Below, one piece after another: positions 25,577-34,947 of a stretch of 35,028 bases of DNA. The stretch's first letter is position 1. The number at the start of each line of letters is the position of its first letter. Below the pieces are notes generated by a model. The model saw only the letters and a list, made by a program, of their open reading frames with translations. It made no database searches and was not told the DNA's origin. Made by a program: the position numbers and the translations under genes. The stretch comes from Candidatus Eiseniibacteriota bacterium. Lineage in GTDB: Bacteria; Eisenbacteria; RBG-16-71-46. The stretch spans positions 1-35,028 of the forward strand of contig JBGAOA010000044.1 in the NCBI GenBank assembly GCA_044222065.1. Reading direction: 5' to 3'.

Positions 25577-27593
25577 GTTCGCGGTAGGCCGCGCGATTCG
25601 CGAGGATCTTGCGCGCGTAGTCCTGCGCGTCGGCGTTCAGGCGATCTCCACGAACAGCGCTTCGCCCCCGCGCGCGATCAGCTCGCGCCAGAACGGGGGC
25701 ACGGTGGACGGACCCGCGTTGTAGGCCGACAGCGCCACCGCGATGCGTCCGTCGAAGCGGCGCACGAGCCGCGCGGGGTAGCGCGCACCGAGCCTCACGT
25801 TCGTCGCCGGATCGAGCAGCCGCGCTTCCTCGCACAGCCCTCCCCGCCGCGCGACAGCACGTCGGTCGCGGCCGGGGCAGCAGCTGCATCAGGCCGAGCG
25901 CGCCGCTCGAGGAGCGCGCCTTCTCGTCGTAGCGGCTCTCCTGCCGCATCACGCCCCAGAGCAGCGCCGGCTCGAGCGCGAGGCTGTCCGCGGCCGCGAG
26001 CACGGGCGGCTCGAACGCCGGCGGATACACCCACGGCTGGGCGCCCTGGAAGCGCACGCCCGCCGAATCGGCGGCGCCGAACGCGCGCAGCGCGCGCTCG
26101 ATCGCTCCCACGCCCGCGCGCACGCGCCCGGCCGCGAACCCGACGCGCGCCGCCTCGAGCGCGGCGTCGAGCGCCGCGCCGGCTCCGCTCGAATCCGCGC
26201 GCGGCAGCGCCGCGAGAAGCCGCAGTGCGTCGTCCACCGCGCCGACGGCGGCGAGGTCGCGCGCGCGCGTCAGCTCGAGCGCGTCGGCGCCGGTCACCGC
26301 GCCGGGCGTGACGAGCGCCCCGTCCCACGCGCGCAGCCCCAGCGTGTCGCGCGCCGCCGTGCGGTAGAAGCCATAGCCCGGAAGTGAGGCGACCGCGCGC
26401 AACGCCGCGTTCCCGGACGCGGTGTCGCCCGCGGCGCGCGCCAGCACGCCGGACCAGAAGCGCGCGCCTTCGCTGCCCCGAACGCGCAGGGCACGCGCGC
26501 GGTCACCGCCCGCAGCGAAGCGCAGGAGCCCCGCGCGGAACCGCGCCTCGTCCGTGTCGAAGCCCGCGACCTCGCAGGCCGCGGAGAATCGCTCCGCCGC
26601 GAGCGCGAATCGGCCGGCGTCCTCGGCCTCGCGCCCCGCTTCCCAGCGCGCCGCGCGCCGGATCGCGCCCTCGTCCCCGGCGAGCGAGTCGGCGGCCGAG
26701 CCAGGCGAGCGCCGAGTCGGGCCGCCCCTCGCCCGCGAACGCGCGCGCGAGATCGAGCGCAGCCTGCGCACGCTCGCGCCAGGACGAGCGCGAGCCGGTA
26801 CGCCCGCGGCCGACGAAGCGCGCGCCGCTCCGCCGCCGCGCGCTGGATCTGCGCGCGCGTGCGCTCGAGCGCCGCGCGCGCCTCGAGCGCGACGAGCGCG
26901 AGTCGGCGGCGCAGGCGCGCGACGCGTCGCTCGCCCGGCCGCGCAGCGCCGAGGACGCCGCGGCCGCGCGCTCGTCGGCGTCCGGCGGCCGGCCGCTCGC
27001 TTCGCACAGCGGGTCGAACAGCGCGAGCGCCGGGCGCGCGGCGGCCGCGGCGGGCCAGCAGCGCAGCGTCTGGGCGCGAGCGCGCGCGCGTTCGCTGTCG
27101 CCGCCGCGGCGCGGTAGCGCGCGCGCAGCGCGATCCGCTCGGCGAGTTCGCCGTCGCTCGCGCCGCCGCGTCCGGCGGACTCGAGCAGCGCGTCGGCCGC
27201 GAGCGCCCCCAGACGCGCGGCCGCAGGCGCAGCGCGCGCGGCGAGCGCCCGCGCGCCCCACGCCGAGAGCGGGGACACGCGCGCGAAGCACGAGTCCGCG
27301 CCGAGCGAGTCCGCTCCCGCGAGCCGCAGGCCGCCGAGCGCGAACAGCGCCGCGTCCTCGAGATGCGTCACGCCGAGCGCCGCTCGCCACAGCGCGAGGC
27401 TGTCCGCGCGCGTCGCGGGCGGGAGCGCGAGCCCGATCGCCCACGCCGGGCGCGTCACGACGTCGTCGCGCCACACGACGCGTGGCGCTCCGTCCGGGCG
27501 CTCGACCGCGACCGGCCCCGCGGCTCCGCGCCCCGCTCCGGCGAGTGCCGCGGCGAGGGCGAGCGATGCCGCGAGGGCCGTGGCGCGCTTCAC
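25554..27593 (-). CDS. slt: Soluble lytic murein transglycosylase (Slt70-like, TPR-like region plus SLT domain) with several internal frameshifts
   Basis: Signal-like N-terminus; MRQESRY…SSSGALGLMQLLP in one frame; LLDPATNVRLGARY…ALSAYNAG (AYNAG at 25712-25726) in a different frame; DAQDYARKIL back in the first frame. Confidence 0.75.
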   Translation of the reverse strand: MKRATALAASLALAAALAGAGRGAAGPVAVERPDGAPRVVWRDDVVTRPAWAIGLALPPATRADSLALWRAALGVTHLEDAALFALGGLRLAGADSLGADSCFARVSPLSAWGARALAARAAPAAARLGALAADALLESAGRGGASDGELAERIALRARYRAAAATANARALAPRRCAAGPPRPPRARRSRCSTRCAKRAAGRRTPTSARPRRPRRCAAGRATRRAPAPPTRARRARGARGARAHARADPARGGGAARASSAAGVPARARPGASVRRLRSISRARSRARGGPTRRSPGSAADSLAGDEGAIRRAARWEAGREAEDAGRFALAAERFSAACEVAGFDTDEARFRAGLLRFAAGGDRARALRVRGSEGARFWSGVLARAAGDTASGNAALRAVASLPGYGFYRTAARDTLGLRAWDGALVTPGAVTGADALELTRARDLAAVGAVDDALRLLAALPRADSSGAGAALDAALEAARVGFAAGRVRAGVGAIERALRAFGAADSAGVRFQGAQPWVYPPAFEPPVLAAADSLALEPALLWGVMRQESRYDEKARSSSGALGLMQLLPRPRPTCCRAAGRAVRGSAAARSGDEREARCALPRAARAPLRRTHRGGAVGLQRGSVHRAPVLARADRARGRSAVRGDRLNADAQDYARKILANRAAYRELRPARSR

Positions 27594-28054
27594 GGTTCCG
27601 ACCCGACGCGACACGCGTCCTCGATCTCGCGCACGAACTCGTCTGCGCGGTGCCGCGCGAAGAAACCCAGCATCGAGGTCACGGCCCACGTGCCGAGCAC
27701 CCAGAGCACGGCGCGCGCGAGGTCCCCGGCGCGGCCCTCGAGCACCGGCAGCATGAGGCCGAAGGCGAGCGCTCCGACGATCGTGCCCGGGTTCCACAGC
27801 ATCACGACCCGCAACCCGGCACCTCCCGAACGCTCGACCGCTCGCACGAACACGAGCGGGTCGGTGCTGTAGCGCGGGCGACCCGAGAACACGTGCCAGT
27901 CGCCGAACTGCGAACGGTGGTGCGGCGCGGCTTCGAGGGCGCGATCGCACGCCCGCGGCGGCAGCGGCGAACGCAAATCGAGCCGCCGCACGTGCAGCGG
28001 CCACGCCCACGAAAGCCAGGCGACGCGCGCCCGCGTCGCGTCCGCCGCGCTCAC
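27590..28054 (-). CDS. Hypothetical membrane protein (two C-terminal transmembrane helices)
   Basis: GTGA overlaps at both ends; hydrophobic segments IVGALAFGLMLPVL and AVLWVLGTWAVTSMLGFFA. Confidence 0.65.
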   Translation of the reverse strand: MSAADATRARVAWLSWAWPLHVRRLDLRSPLPPRACDRALEAAPHHRSQFGDWHVFSGRPRYSTDPLVFVRAVERSGGAGLRVVMLWNPGTIVGALAFGLMLPVLEGRAGDLARAVLWVLGTWAVTSMLGFFARHRADEFVREIEDACRVGSEP

Positions 28055-29592
28055 TCCCACTCGATCGTCGCGGGCGGCTTGCTCGTCACGTCGAACACGA
28101 CGCGGTTCACGCCGCGCACTTCGTTCGCGATGCGGCTCGCCGCACGGGCGAGCAGCGCGTGCGGCACGCGCGTCCAGTCGGCCGTCATGCCGTCGGTCGA
28201 GTTCACGGCCCGCAGCGCGAGCACCTTCTCGTACGAGCGCTCGTCGCCCTTGACGCCCACCGTGTGCACGGGCAGCAGCACCGCGAACGCCTGCCACGTG
28301 CGGTCGTACCACTTCGCGCGCCGCAGTTCCTCGATGAAGATCGCGTCCGCCTTCCGCAGCACCTCGAGGTCCGGCTCGTTCACGGCGCCGAGGATGCGCA
28401 CCGCGAGCCCCGGCCCCGGGAACGGATGCCGGTCCACGAGGTGCGCGGGCAGGCCGAGCGCGCGCCCGAGTTCGCGCACCTCGTCCTTGAAGAGCCAGCG
28501 CAGCGGCTCGACGAGCTGGAGGTGCATGCGCTCGGGGAGCCCGCCGACGTTGTGGTGCGTCTTGATCACCTGCGCGCCGAAGCCCGCGGACGCCGACTCG
28601 ATGACGTCCGGATAGAGCGTGCCCTGGGCGAGGAACTCGATCGGCCCGAGCTTCTTCGCCTCCTCCTCGAACACGGCGATGAACTCGCCGCCGATGATCT
28701 TGCGCTTTTTCTCGGGGTCCGAGACGCCGGCCAGCTTCGAGAGGAAGCGCTCCTGCGCGTTCACGAGCGTCACGTCGAGTCCGCGCTTCACGCCGAGCTG
28801 CTCGACGACTTCGGCGGCCTCGTTCAGGCGCATCAGCCCGTGGTCCACGAGCACGCAATGGAGGCGCTTACCGATCGCGCGGTGGAGCAAGGTCGCCGCG
28901 ACCGTCGAGTCCACGCCGCCCGAGAGTCCGCACAGCACGTGCGCTTCGGGTCCGACCTGCGCGCGCAGATCGCGCACGGCGCGCTTCAGGAACGACTCCA
29001 TGCTCCAGCCGCCCTCGAGCTTCGCGATGCGTCTCACGAAGTTGTGCAGGACACGCTTGCCGTACGGCGAATGCACGACCTCGGGGTGGAACTGGATCAG
29101 GTGGAACGGCCGCTGCGCGTGGCGCGCGGCGGCGAAGGCGCAGTTCGACGTGTGCGCGACCTTGATCCAGCCGTCCGGGAGCGCCTGCACTTCGTCGCCG
29201 TGACTCATCCACGCGCGGAAGCGCTTCGGCACGCCGGCGAAGAGCGGCGAGGGCTTGTCGAGCACGAACGTCGCCGTGCCGTACTCGGCGTGCTTTGCCT
29301 TCGCGACCGCTCCGCCCAGGAGCTGCATCGTGACCTGGAACCCGTAGCAGATCCCGAGGAGCGGCTTCCCGAGCGCGTAGATCCCGGGATCGGGCAGCGG
29401 CGCTTCCGCGCGATACCCCGACGCCGGCGAGCCCGACAGGATCAGCGCCGCGGGCTTCTTCGCGACGATCGCGGCAAGCGGCGTGTTGCCCGGCACGATC
29501 TCGGAATAGACGCCGAGCTCGCGCACACGCCGCGCGATGAGCTGCGTGTACTGGGAACCGAAGTCGAGGATGAGAACGAGGGAATGGGACAT
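28051..29592 (-). CDS. guaA: GMP synthase (glutamine-hydrolysing)
   Basis: LDFGSQYTQLIARRVRE, GICYG, MSHGD, QFHPEV, LSGGVDS, QGTLYPDVIES, IKTHHNVGGLP, HPFPGPGL, TSKPPATIEWE. Confidence 0.98.
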   Translation of the reverse strand: MSHSLVLILDFGSQYTQLIARRVRELGVYSEIVPGNTPLAAIVAKKPAALILSGSPASGYRAEAPLPDPGIYALGKPLLGICYGFQVTMQLLGGAVAKAKHAEYGTATFVLDKPSPLFAGVPKRFRAWMSHGDEVQALPDGWIKVAHTSNCAFAAARHAQRPFHLIQFHPEVVHSPYGKRVLHNFVRRIAKLEGGWSMESFLKRAVRDLRAQVGPEAHVLCGLSGGVDSTVAATLLHRAIGKRLHCVLVDHGLMRLNEAAEVVEQLGVKRGLDVTLVNAQERFLSKLAGVSDPEKKRKIIGGEFIAVFEEEAKKLGPIEFLAQGTLYPDVIESASAGFGAQVIKTHHNVGGLPERMHLQLVEPLRWLFKDEVRELGRALGLPAHLVDRHPFPGPGLAVRILGAVNEPDLEVLRKADAIFIEELRRAKWYDRTWQAFAVLLPVHTVGVKGDERSYEKVLALRAVNSTDGMTADWTRVPHALLARAASRIANEVRGVNRVVFDVTSKPPATIEWE

Positions 29593-29620
29593 GGGGTCTC
29601 GGGCGCGGTGCGCGCGGAGG

Positions 29621-31150
29621 TCAGTGCCGGAACGTCCTTCGATCCGTGAAGCACATCGCGACGTCGTGCGCGTCGCACGCCGCGATCACTTCGGCGTCTC
29701 GCATCGAGCCGCCGGGCTGGACGACCGCCGTGATGCCGGCGGCGGCCGCATGTTCGATGTTGTCCGCGAACGGGAAGAAGCCGTCGCTCGCGAGCGCGCA
29801 GCCCGCGACGTCGTGGCCGGCGCGCTTCGCCTTCATGAGCGCCACGTCCACCGCGTCCACGCGCGAAGTCTGGCCCGAACCGAGCCCGACGAGCTGCGTG
29901 CCGCGCGCAATCACGATCGCGTTCGAGCGCGCGGCCGCGCACACCTCCCACGCGAATTCGAGAGCGGCGCGCTCGGCGTCGGTCGGCGCGCGCTTCGTGA
30001 CGACGCGCCACTCGGGCGCCGCCTCGTCCGGCTCGCGCTGGACGAGCGCCCAGCGGCCGGCCTCGCGAAGTGCTCCTTCCGGCGAGCCGGCAACCTGTTC
30101 GCGCCCAAGCCTAAGGACCCTCAGGTTCTTCTTCTTCTCGAACGCCGAGGCGGCCTCGGGCGCGATGTCCGGGGCGGCGACGCACTCTACATATTGGGCC
30201 GCAAGCCGCTCGGCGGTCGCGCCGTCGAGCGGGCGGTTGAACGCGACGATGCCGCCGTACGCCGACAGTTCGTCCGCGGCGAGTGCGGCGGCGTACGCCC
30301 GATCGAGCGCGGTCGCGCACGCGACGCCGCACGGCTCGTGGTGCTTCACGATCACGCACGCGGGCGACTCGAAGCGCCACACGAGCGCGACCGCCGCCTC
30401 GAGGTCGAGCAGGTTGTTGTACGAAAGCTCCTTCCCTTCCTTCCACGCGTCGAGCAACGCGCGCTCGCCCGCGCGCGCGTAGAGCGCGGCCTGCTGGTGC
30501 GGGTTCTCGCCGTAGCGCAGGCCGCGCACCTTATCGTACGCCGCGACGCGCACGGGCGGCAGCGGCTCGCCGGTGCGCCGCGCGAGTTCGGCGGCGATCG
30601 CCGCGTCGTAGCGCGCGGTGCGGGCGAACGTCGCGACCGCCCACGCGCGCCGCTCCTCGAGCGTCGGGCCGCCGCGCGCGTACGCGGCGAGGATCGCGTC
30701 GTACTGCGAGGGATCGTGCGCGACGACGACGTCGGCGAAGTTCTTCGCCGCGCCCCGCAGCAGCGCGACGCCGCCGACGTCGATCTCTTCGACCGCGCCC
30801 GCTTCGTCGAGCGCTCCCGCGCGCGACTCGAACGGATAGAGCGACACGACGACGAGGTCGATCGGCGCGAGTTCGCGCGCTTCGAGTTCCGCGAGATCGG
30901 CGCGCGAGTCGCGGCGCGCGAGGATCGGCGCATGCACGTGCGGGTGCAGCGTCTTCACGCGCCCGCCGAGCAGCTCCGCGAACCCGGTCCACTTCTCGAC
31001 CGGCTCGACCTCGAGCCCGGCGTCCGCGAGCGCCCGAGCGGTGCCGCCGCTCGCGATGAGGCGCGTACCGTGCGCCGCGAGCGCGCGCGCGAATTCCGCG
31101 GCGCCGGTCCTGTCCGAGAGCGAGAGCAGCGCCGCGCGCGGCCAGCTCAC
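29621..31150 (-). CDS. purH: Bifunctional AICAR transformylase / IMP cyclohydrolase
   Basis: [77 protein letters not shown] overlap at the start. Confidence 0.96.
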   Translation of the reverse strand: MSWPRAALLSLSDRTGAAEFARALAAHGTRLIASGGTARALADAGLEVEPVEKWTGFAELLGGRVKTLHPHVHAPILARRDSRADLAELEARELAPIDLVVVSLYPFESRAGALDEAGAVEEIDVGGVALLRGAAKNFADVVVAHDPSQYDAILAAYARGGPTLEERRAWAVATFARTARYDAAIAAELARRTGEPLPPVRVAAYDKVRGLRYGENPHQQAALYARAGERALLDAWKEGKELSYNNLLDLEAAVALVWRFESPACVIVKHHEPCGVACATALDRAYAAALAADELSAYGGIVAFNRPLDGATAERLAAQYVECVAAPDIAPEAASAFEKKKNLRVLRLGREQVAGSPEGALREAGRWALVQREPDEAAPEWRVVTKRAPTDAERAALEFAWEVCAAARSNAIVIARGTQLVGLGSGQTSRVDAVDVALMKAKRAGHDVAGCALASDGFFPFADNIEHAAAAGITAVVQPGGSMRDAEVIAACDAHDVAMCFTDRRTFRH

Positions 31151-31530
31151 AGCTTCTCTCCGCGCGGGGCCGTGAGCGTCGGATGCGTGACGTCGCCCGT
31201 GTTGCGAACGCCCGCGGGCTCGAACAGCAGCAGCTCGACCTCGTCGTCCGCGACCGGCCGGTGCTCGACGCCGCGCGGCACGACGAGCAGCTCGCCCGCG
31301 CCGAGCGTCACGGCGCCGTTCCGGAACTCGATGCGGAGCGAACCGCGCCAGACGAGGAACAGCTCGTCGGTGTCGGCGTGCGAATGCCACACGAACTCGC
31401 CTCGCAACTTCGCGAGCTTCACCTCCTGGCCGTTCAGTTCGGCGGCGACCTTCGGCCGCCAGTGTTCCGAGAGGCGGGCGAAGCCGTCCTCGAGCGCGAG
31501 CTTCTCCGGAACCACGCCGTCCTCGCTCAC
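31147..31530 (-). CDS. Cupin domain protein
   Basis: [28 protein letters not shown]…[10 protein letters not shown]…LLFEP…NTG; GTGA overlaps at both ends. Confidence 0.9.
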   Translation of the reverse strand: MSEDGVVPEKLALEDGFARLSEHWRPKVAAELNGQEVKLAKLRGEFVWHSHADTDELFLVWRGSLRIEFRNGAVTLGAGELLVVPRGVEHRPVADDEVELLLFEPAGVRNTGDVTHPTLTAPRGEKL

Positions 31531-32462
31531 GCCGGGTCGCTCGCGAGCCGGCGGATCGCCTCGAGGTAGCGCTCCTGCGTCTTCGCGACGACGTCCTCGG
31601 GCAGCGCCGGCGCGGGCGGCTCGTGGTCCCAGCCGCTCGTGTCGAGCCAGTCGCGCACGTACTGCTTGTCGAAGCTCAGCAGCCGCCCGGCCTCGTACTC
31701 GGCGCGGTCCCAGTAGCGCGACGAGTCCGGCGTCAGCGCCTCGTCGATCAGCGTGAGTTCGCCGTCCACGAAGCCGAACTCGAACTTCGTGTCCGCGAGC
31801 ACGAGGCCGCGCGCCCACGCCCACGCCCGCGCCTCCTCGTAGATCGCGAGCGATCGCTCGCGCAGCGCCTCGGCCGTCGCGCGCCCCGTGATCTCGACCA
31901 TGCCCTCGAATGGAATGTTCTCGTCGTGGCCGTGATCGTTCTTCGTCGCGGGAGTGAAGATCGCGGGCTCGAGCCGCGAGCCGTCCGAGAGCCCCGGCGG
32001 CAGCGCGATTCCGCACACGGTGCCGTGCGAGCGGTACTCCTTCCAGCCGCTGCCCGTGAGGTAGCCGCGCACGACGCACTCGATGTCCACGCGCTCGGCG
32101 CGCTTCACGAGCTGCGCGCGCCCCGCGAGCCGCGCCGCGTGGTGCGCGAACGGCGCGGGGAACGAGGCCGGCGCGTCGCTCACGAGGTGGTGCGGCGCCG
32201 CGCTCTTCAGCTGGCGCATCCAGAACGCCGAGATCATGGACAGGATCGCGCCCTTGCCCGGGATCGGCGTCGGCAGCACCGAGTCGTAGGCGCTCAGGCG
32301 GTCGCTCGCGACGATCACGAAGTGATCCGCGCCGGCCTCGAACACCGAGCGCACCTTGCCACGGCGGAACGCGACGGCGCCGGGGATCTCGATCTCGGCG
32401 ACCGCGTTCGCGGGCGAGAGCAGTTCGGCGGGAACGACGACGCGCGACAGCGTGGTGCTCAT
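31527..32462 (-). CDS. purC: SAICAR synthetase
   Basis: [83 protein letters not shown]. Confidence 0.96.
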   Translation of the reverse strand: MSTTLSRVVVPAELLSPANAVAEIEIPGAVAFRRGKVRSVFEAGADHFVIVASDRLSAYDSVLPTPIPGKGAILSMISAFWMRQLKSAAPHHLVSDAPASFPAPFAHHAARLAGRAQLVKRAERVDIECVVRGYLTGSGWKEYRSHGTVCGIALPPGLSDGSRLEPAIFTPATKNDHGHDENIPFEGMVEITGRATAEALRERSLAIYEEARAWAWARGLVLADTKFEFGFVDGELTLIDEALTPDSSRYWDRAEYEAGRLLSFDKQYVRDWLDTSGWDHEPPAPALPEDVVAKTQERYLEAIRRLASDPA

Positions 32463-32517
32463 GAATCCTCCTCTCCCGCCTCTCGGGACGGGACGATTGA
32501 GTGTCGCGAGACACGCT

Positions 32518-33258
32518 TCAGCGCACGGGCAGCGAGAAGCGCGGGGCGATCCAGTCCGCGAGATCGCCGATCGCCCGGATGGAGTCGCCACCGGGAGGCG
32601 CATAATCGCCGAACGGATCGATCAAGACAAAGTGCATCCCCGCGGCGCGCGCGCCCGCTTCGTCCACCGAGCGGATGTCGCCGACGTAGAGCGCGCGCTC
32701 GGCGGCGACTCCGAGGCGCTCGAGCGCGATCGCGAAGATCCGCGGGTCCGGCTTCTCGATTCCGACGATCTGGGAGTCCACGACGAACTCGAGTCCCGCG
32801 CGCGTTCCGGTGTGTTCGAGGTGCCACTCCGCGCGGCCGTCCGAGTTCGACACGCACGCCATCCGGAGGCCGAGTGCTCGCAGCCGGTCGAGCGTGGCGC
32901 GCGCGCCCTCGACCGGACGCACCCACAGCCCCTCGCCGCGCTGCCGTTCGGCGAACGCGTCGAACGCCCGCGTGCGCAGCGGCTCGGCGACGCCCGCGGC
33001 TTCGAGCATGCCGCCGAAATACGCGCGGACGTCGCCGCGCGAGCCGAGCGGCGGATTCGCCGCGCCCGCTCCGTGACCGTCGCCGAATCCGAAGCTCGCG
33101 TCGTACGCCCGTCGCCCCTCGACCTCGGCGCGGCGGAGCGCGCCGGCCTCGAGCGGAAGTCCGTGCGCCGTGACCCACCCGCTCATCCACTCGAAGTCGA
33201 GCCGCGCGAGCGTCCCGCCGGCATCGAACACGACCGCTTCGAGCGGACCGCGGCTCAC
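32518..33258 (-). CDS. HAD-superfamily hydrolase (subfamily IA)
   Basis: FDAGGTL, VSNSD, GIEKPDPRIF, YVGD…D..GA.AAG; GTGA overlap with the purN stop. Confidence 0.9.
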   Translation of the reverse strand: MSRGPLEAVVFDAGGTLARLDFEWMSGWVTAHGLPLEAGALRRAEVEGRRAYDASFGFGDGHGAGAANPPLGSRGDVRAYFGGMLEAAGVAEPLRTRAFDAFAERQRGEGLWVRPVEGARATLDRLRALGLRMACVSNSDGRAEWHLEHTGTRAGLEFVVDSQIVGIEKPDPRIFAIALERLGVAAERALYVGDIRSVDEAGARAAGMHFVLIDPFGDYAPPGGDSIRAIGDLADWIAPRFSLPVR

Positions 33259-33932
33259 GCGCGCGACCCCGCGCCGTGCGCGCGCGGAAGCGGCGCCAGT
33301 CCCGCGTAGCCCGCCCCCTCGCCCCACACGATGCGCGCGCCGTCCTTGCGCCACGGCTCGGCGAGGTAGTGCCGCACGCAGCGCGGGTACAGGCGGTGCT
33401 CGGCCGCGTGCACGCGCTCGAGAATCGTCTCGAGCGTGTCGCCGTCCCGGCGCTCGAAGGACTCGGCGCCGAGGATCGCGCCTTCGTCCACGCGCTCGTT
33501 CACGAGGTGCACCGTGCAGCCGAGCGTGCGCTCCCCCGCGTACAGCGCCTGCGCGACGGCGTCGAGCCCCGGGTACCTCGGCAGCAGCGACGGGTGGATG
33601 TTGAGGATGCGGTCGGGATACGCGTCGAGCAGCGTTGCGTGCAGCCGGCGCATGAAGCCCGCGAGCAGCACGACCTCGACGCCGCGCTCGCGCAGCGCGT
33701 CGAGCCACGGGCGTTCGTCCTCGAGCTTCGTGCGGAATCGTCCCGCGGGCGGCGTGAGCGCCGGAACGCCGAGCCTCCGGGCACGCGCGAGCGCGCCCGC
33801 GTCGGGCCGGTCGCAGAGCAGCACGGCGATCCGTCCGCCGAGTTCGCCGCGCCCCTCGGCCTCGACGAGCGCCTCGAAGTTGGAGCCGTTGCCGGAGGCG
33901 AACACGGCGAGCGTCGGGAGCGTCGCGGGCAT
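33255..33932 (-). CDS. purN: Phosphoribosylglycinamide formyltransferase
   Basis: ASGNGSNFEAL, LAGFMR, ILNIHPSLLP.YPG, GCTVH.V…VDEG.I, EH.LYP. Confidence 0.96.
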   Translation of the reverse strand: MPATLPTLAVFASGNGSNFEALVEAEGRGELGGRIAVLLCDRPDAGALARARRLGVPALTPPAGRFRTKLEDERPWLDALRERGVEVVLLAGFMRRLHATLLDAYPDRILNIHPSLLPRYPGLDAVAQALYAGERTLGCTVHLVNERVDEGAILGAESFERRDGDTLETILERVHAAEHRLYPRCVRHYLAEPWRKDGARIVWGEGAGYAGLAPLPRAHGAGSRA

Positions 33933-33938
33933 GGCCGC

Positions 33939-33968
33939 ACTCTAGGCGCGGGCTCGCGCGCGCGACAA
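33939..33968 (-). promoter_or_regulatory. sigma70 promoter for the purN operon, probably leaderless
   Basis: TTGTCG (33968-33963), 18 bp spacer, TAGAGT (33944-33939), 6 nt, then ATG; no SD. Confidence 0.6.
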
Positions 33969-34128
33969 GCGGCGTCGCGTCCGGCGACGCTGCGACGCCG
34001 GCGTCGACACCCGGCGCCGCGGAGGCGCGTGCGATCGCGCGGCCGGCGCTCCGCGAGCGCGGGCGCGCCGCTTGCCTCTCCGCGGGGATCGAGCCCCCGT
34101 CCTTCGCGCCCCCGTCACGAGGTGTTCC

Positions 34129-34938
34129 ATGCGTCGCTGGGTCGCGTTCCTGCTGTTCGTCCTCACGCTGGGCCCCGGAACTCCCGTCGCCCGCGCGCAG
34201 TGCTGGGGGTGCTCCGAAGGCTGCGCGCCGAGCGTGCCCGGCCTTGCCTTCTGCCGTTCGGGCATCACGCCGCTCGGCCCCACGTGCGTCACGTGGGGCG
34301 CGTGCGCGCTCGGCACCGACGGCACCGGCGACGACCCGATCGGCCGGCGTCCTCGCCCCCGCGCCACGGCCGCGGCGCGCACGCGTTCCCTCACCGTGTA
34401 CGAGACGGTCACGCGGCTCTCGCCCGACGCCGCGCGCTCGCGCGAGTGGACCGACGCCTGGGTCGTCGCGCGCGCCGCGATCCCTCCGACGCTCGAGTCG
34501 CTCGAGCTCGCGATCGAACGCGAGGGCGGCCCGTCCGCCGGTCGCGGCACGATCGTGGACGCGGGCGTGCTCGTGGCCGCGGGCCGCATCGCCGGCGCGT
34601 GGCGCACGGCGTCGGGCTCGGGGTACGCGCTGACCGTGGTCGCGCGGTCGGGCGCCGCCGAGATCCTCGTCTGCGCGCTCTCGGGATCCGCGGCGACGCC
34701 GCTCGCCACGTTCGAGGTCGGTTACGGCGACGCGCTCGTCGTGCCGCTGCGGCTCGACGGCCGGCCGTGCCTGCTGACGCTCGCCCCCGTGAGCTGGGAC
34801 GCGCCGGTCACGTACGGCGCGGCCGACGCGCGCAGCCCGCACGCGCCGTTCCTCGAGAGCGCGGCGCGCCGCGTGGCGCTCGCCGACCGTTCGCTGACGC
34901 TCACGCTCGACGACTCGCCCGACGCCCGCTGCGAGTAG
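34129..34938 (+). CDS. Hypothetical secreted protein with Cys-rich N-terminal module
   Basis: GAGGT SD before the ATG; signal peptide MRRWVAFLLFVLTLG…ARA-Q; six Cys in the first 36 mature residues. Confidence 0.7.
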   Translation: MRRWVAFLLFVLTLGPGTPVARAQCWGCSEGCAPSVPGLAFCRSGITPLGPTCVTWGACALGTDGTGDDPIGRRPRPRATAAARTRSLTVYETVTRLSPDAARSREWTDAWVVARAAIPPTLESLELAIEREGGPSAGRGTIVDAGVLVAAGRIAGAWRTASGSGYALTVVARSGAAEILVCALSGSAATPLATFEVGYGDALVVPLRLDGRPCLLTLAPVSWDAPVTYGAADARSPHAPFLESAARRVALADRSLTLTLDDSPDARCE

Positions 34939-34947
34939 CGGGCGGGC

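Noticed and set aside
32463..32517. Riboswitch (purine or ZMP/ZTP) upstream of purC
   Set aside because: Only 55 bp with a small GTGTC/GACAC hairpin; I recognise no aptamer consensus.
32594..32622. GAGGCGCATAAT resembling the XerC arm of dif
   Set aside because: It lies inside the HAD gene and lacks the TTATGTTAAA-type XerD arm.
34201..34224. CxxCxxxC as an Fe-S or radical SAM motif
   Set aside because: The order is reversed relative to radical SAM CxxxCxxC and incomplete for a ferredoxin. It follows a signal peptide, so disulfides are more likely.
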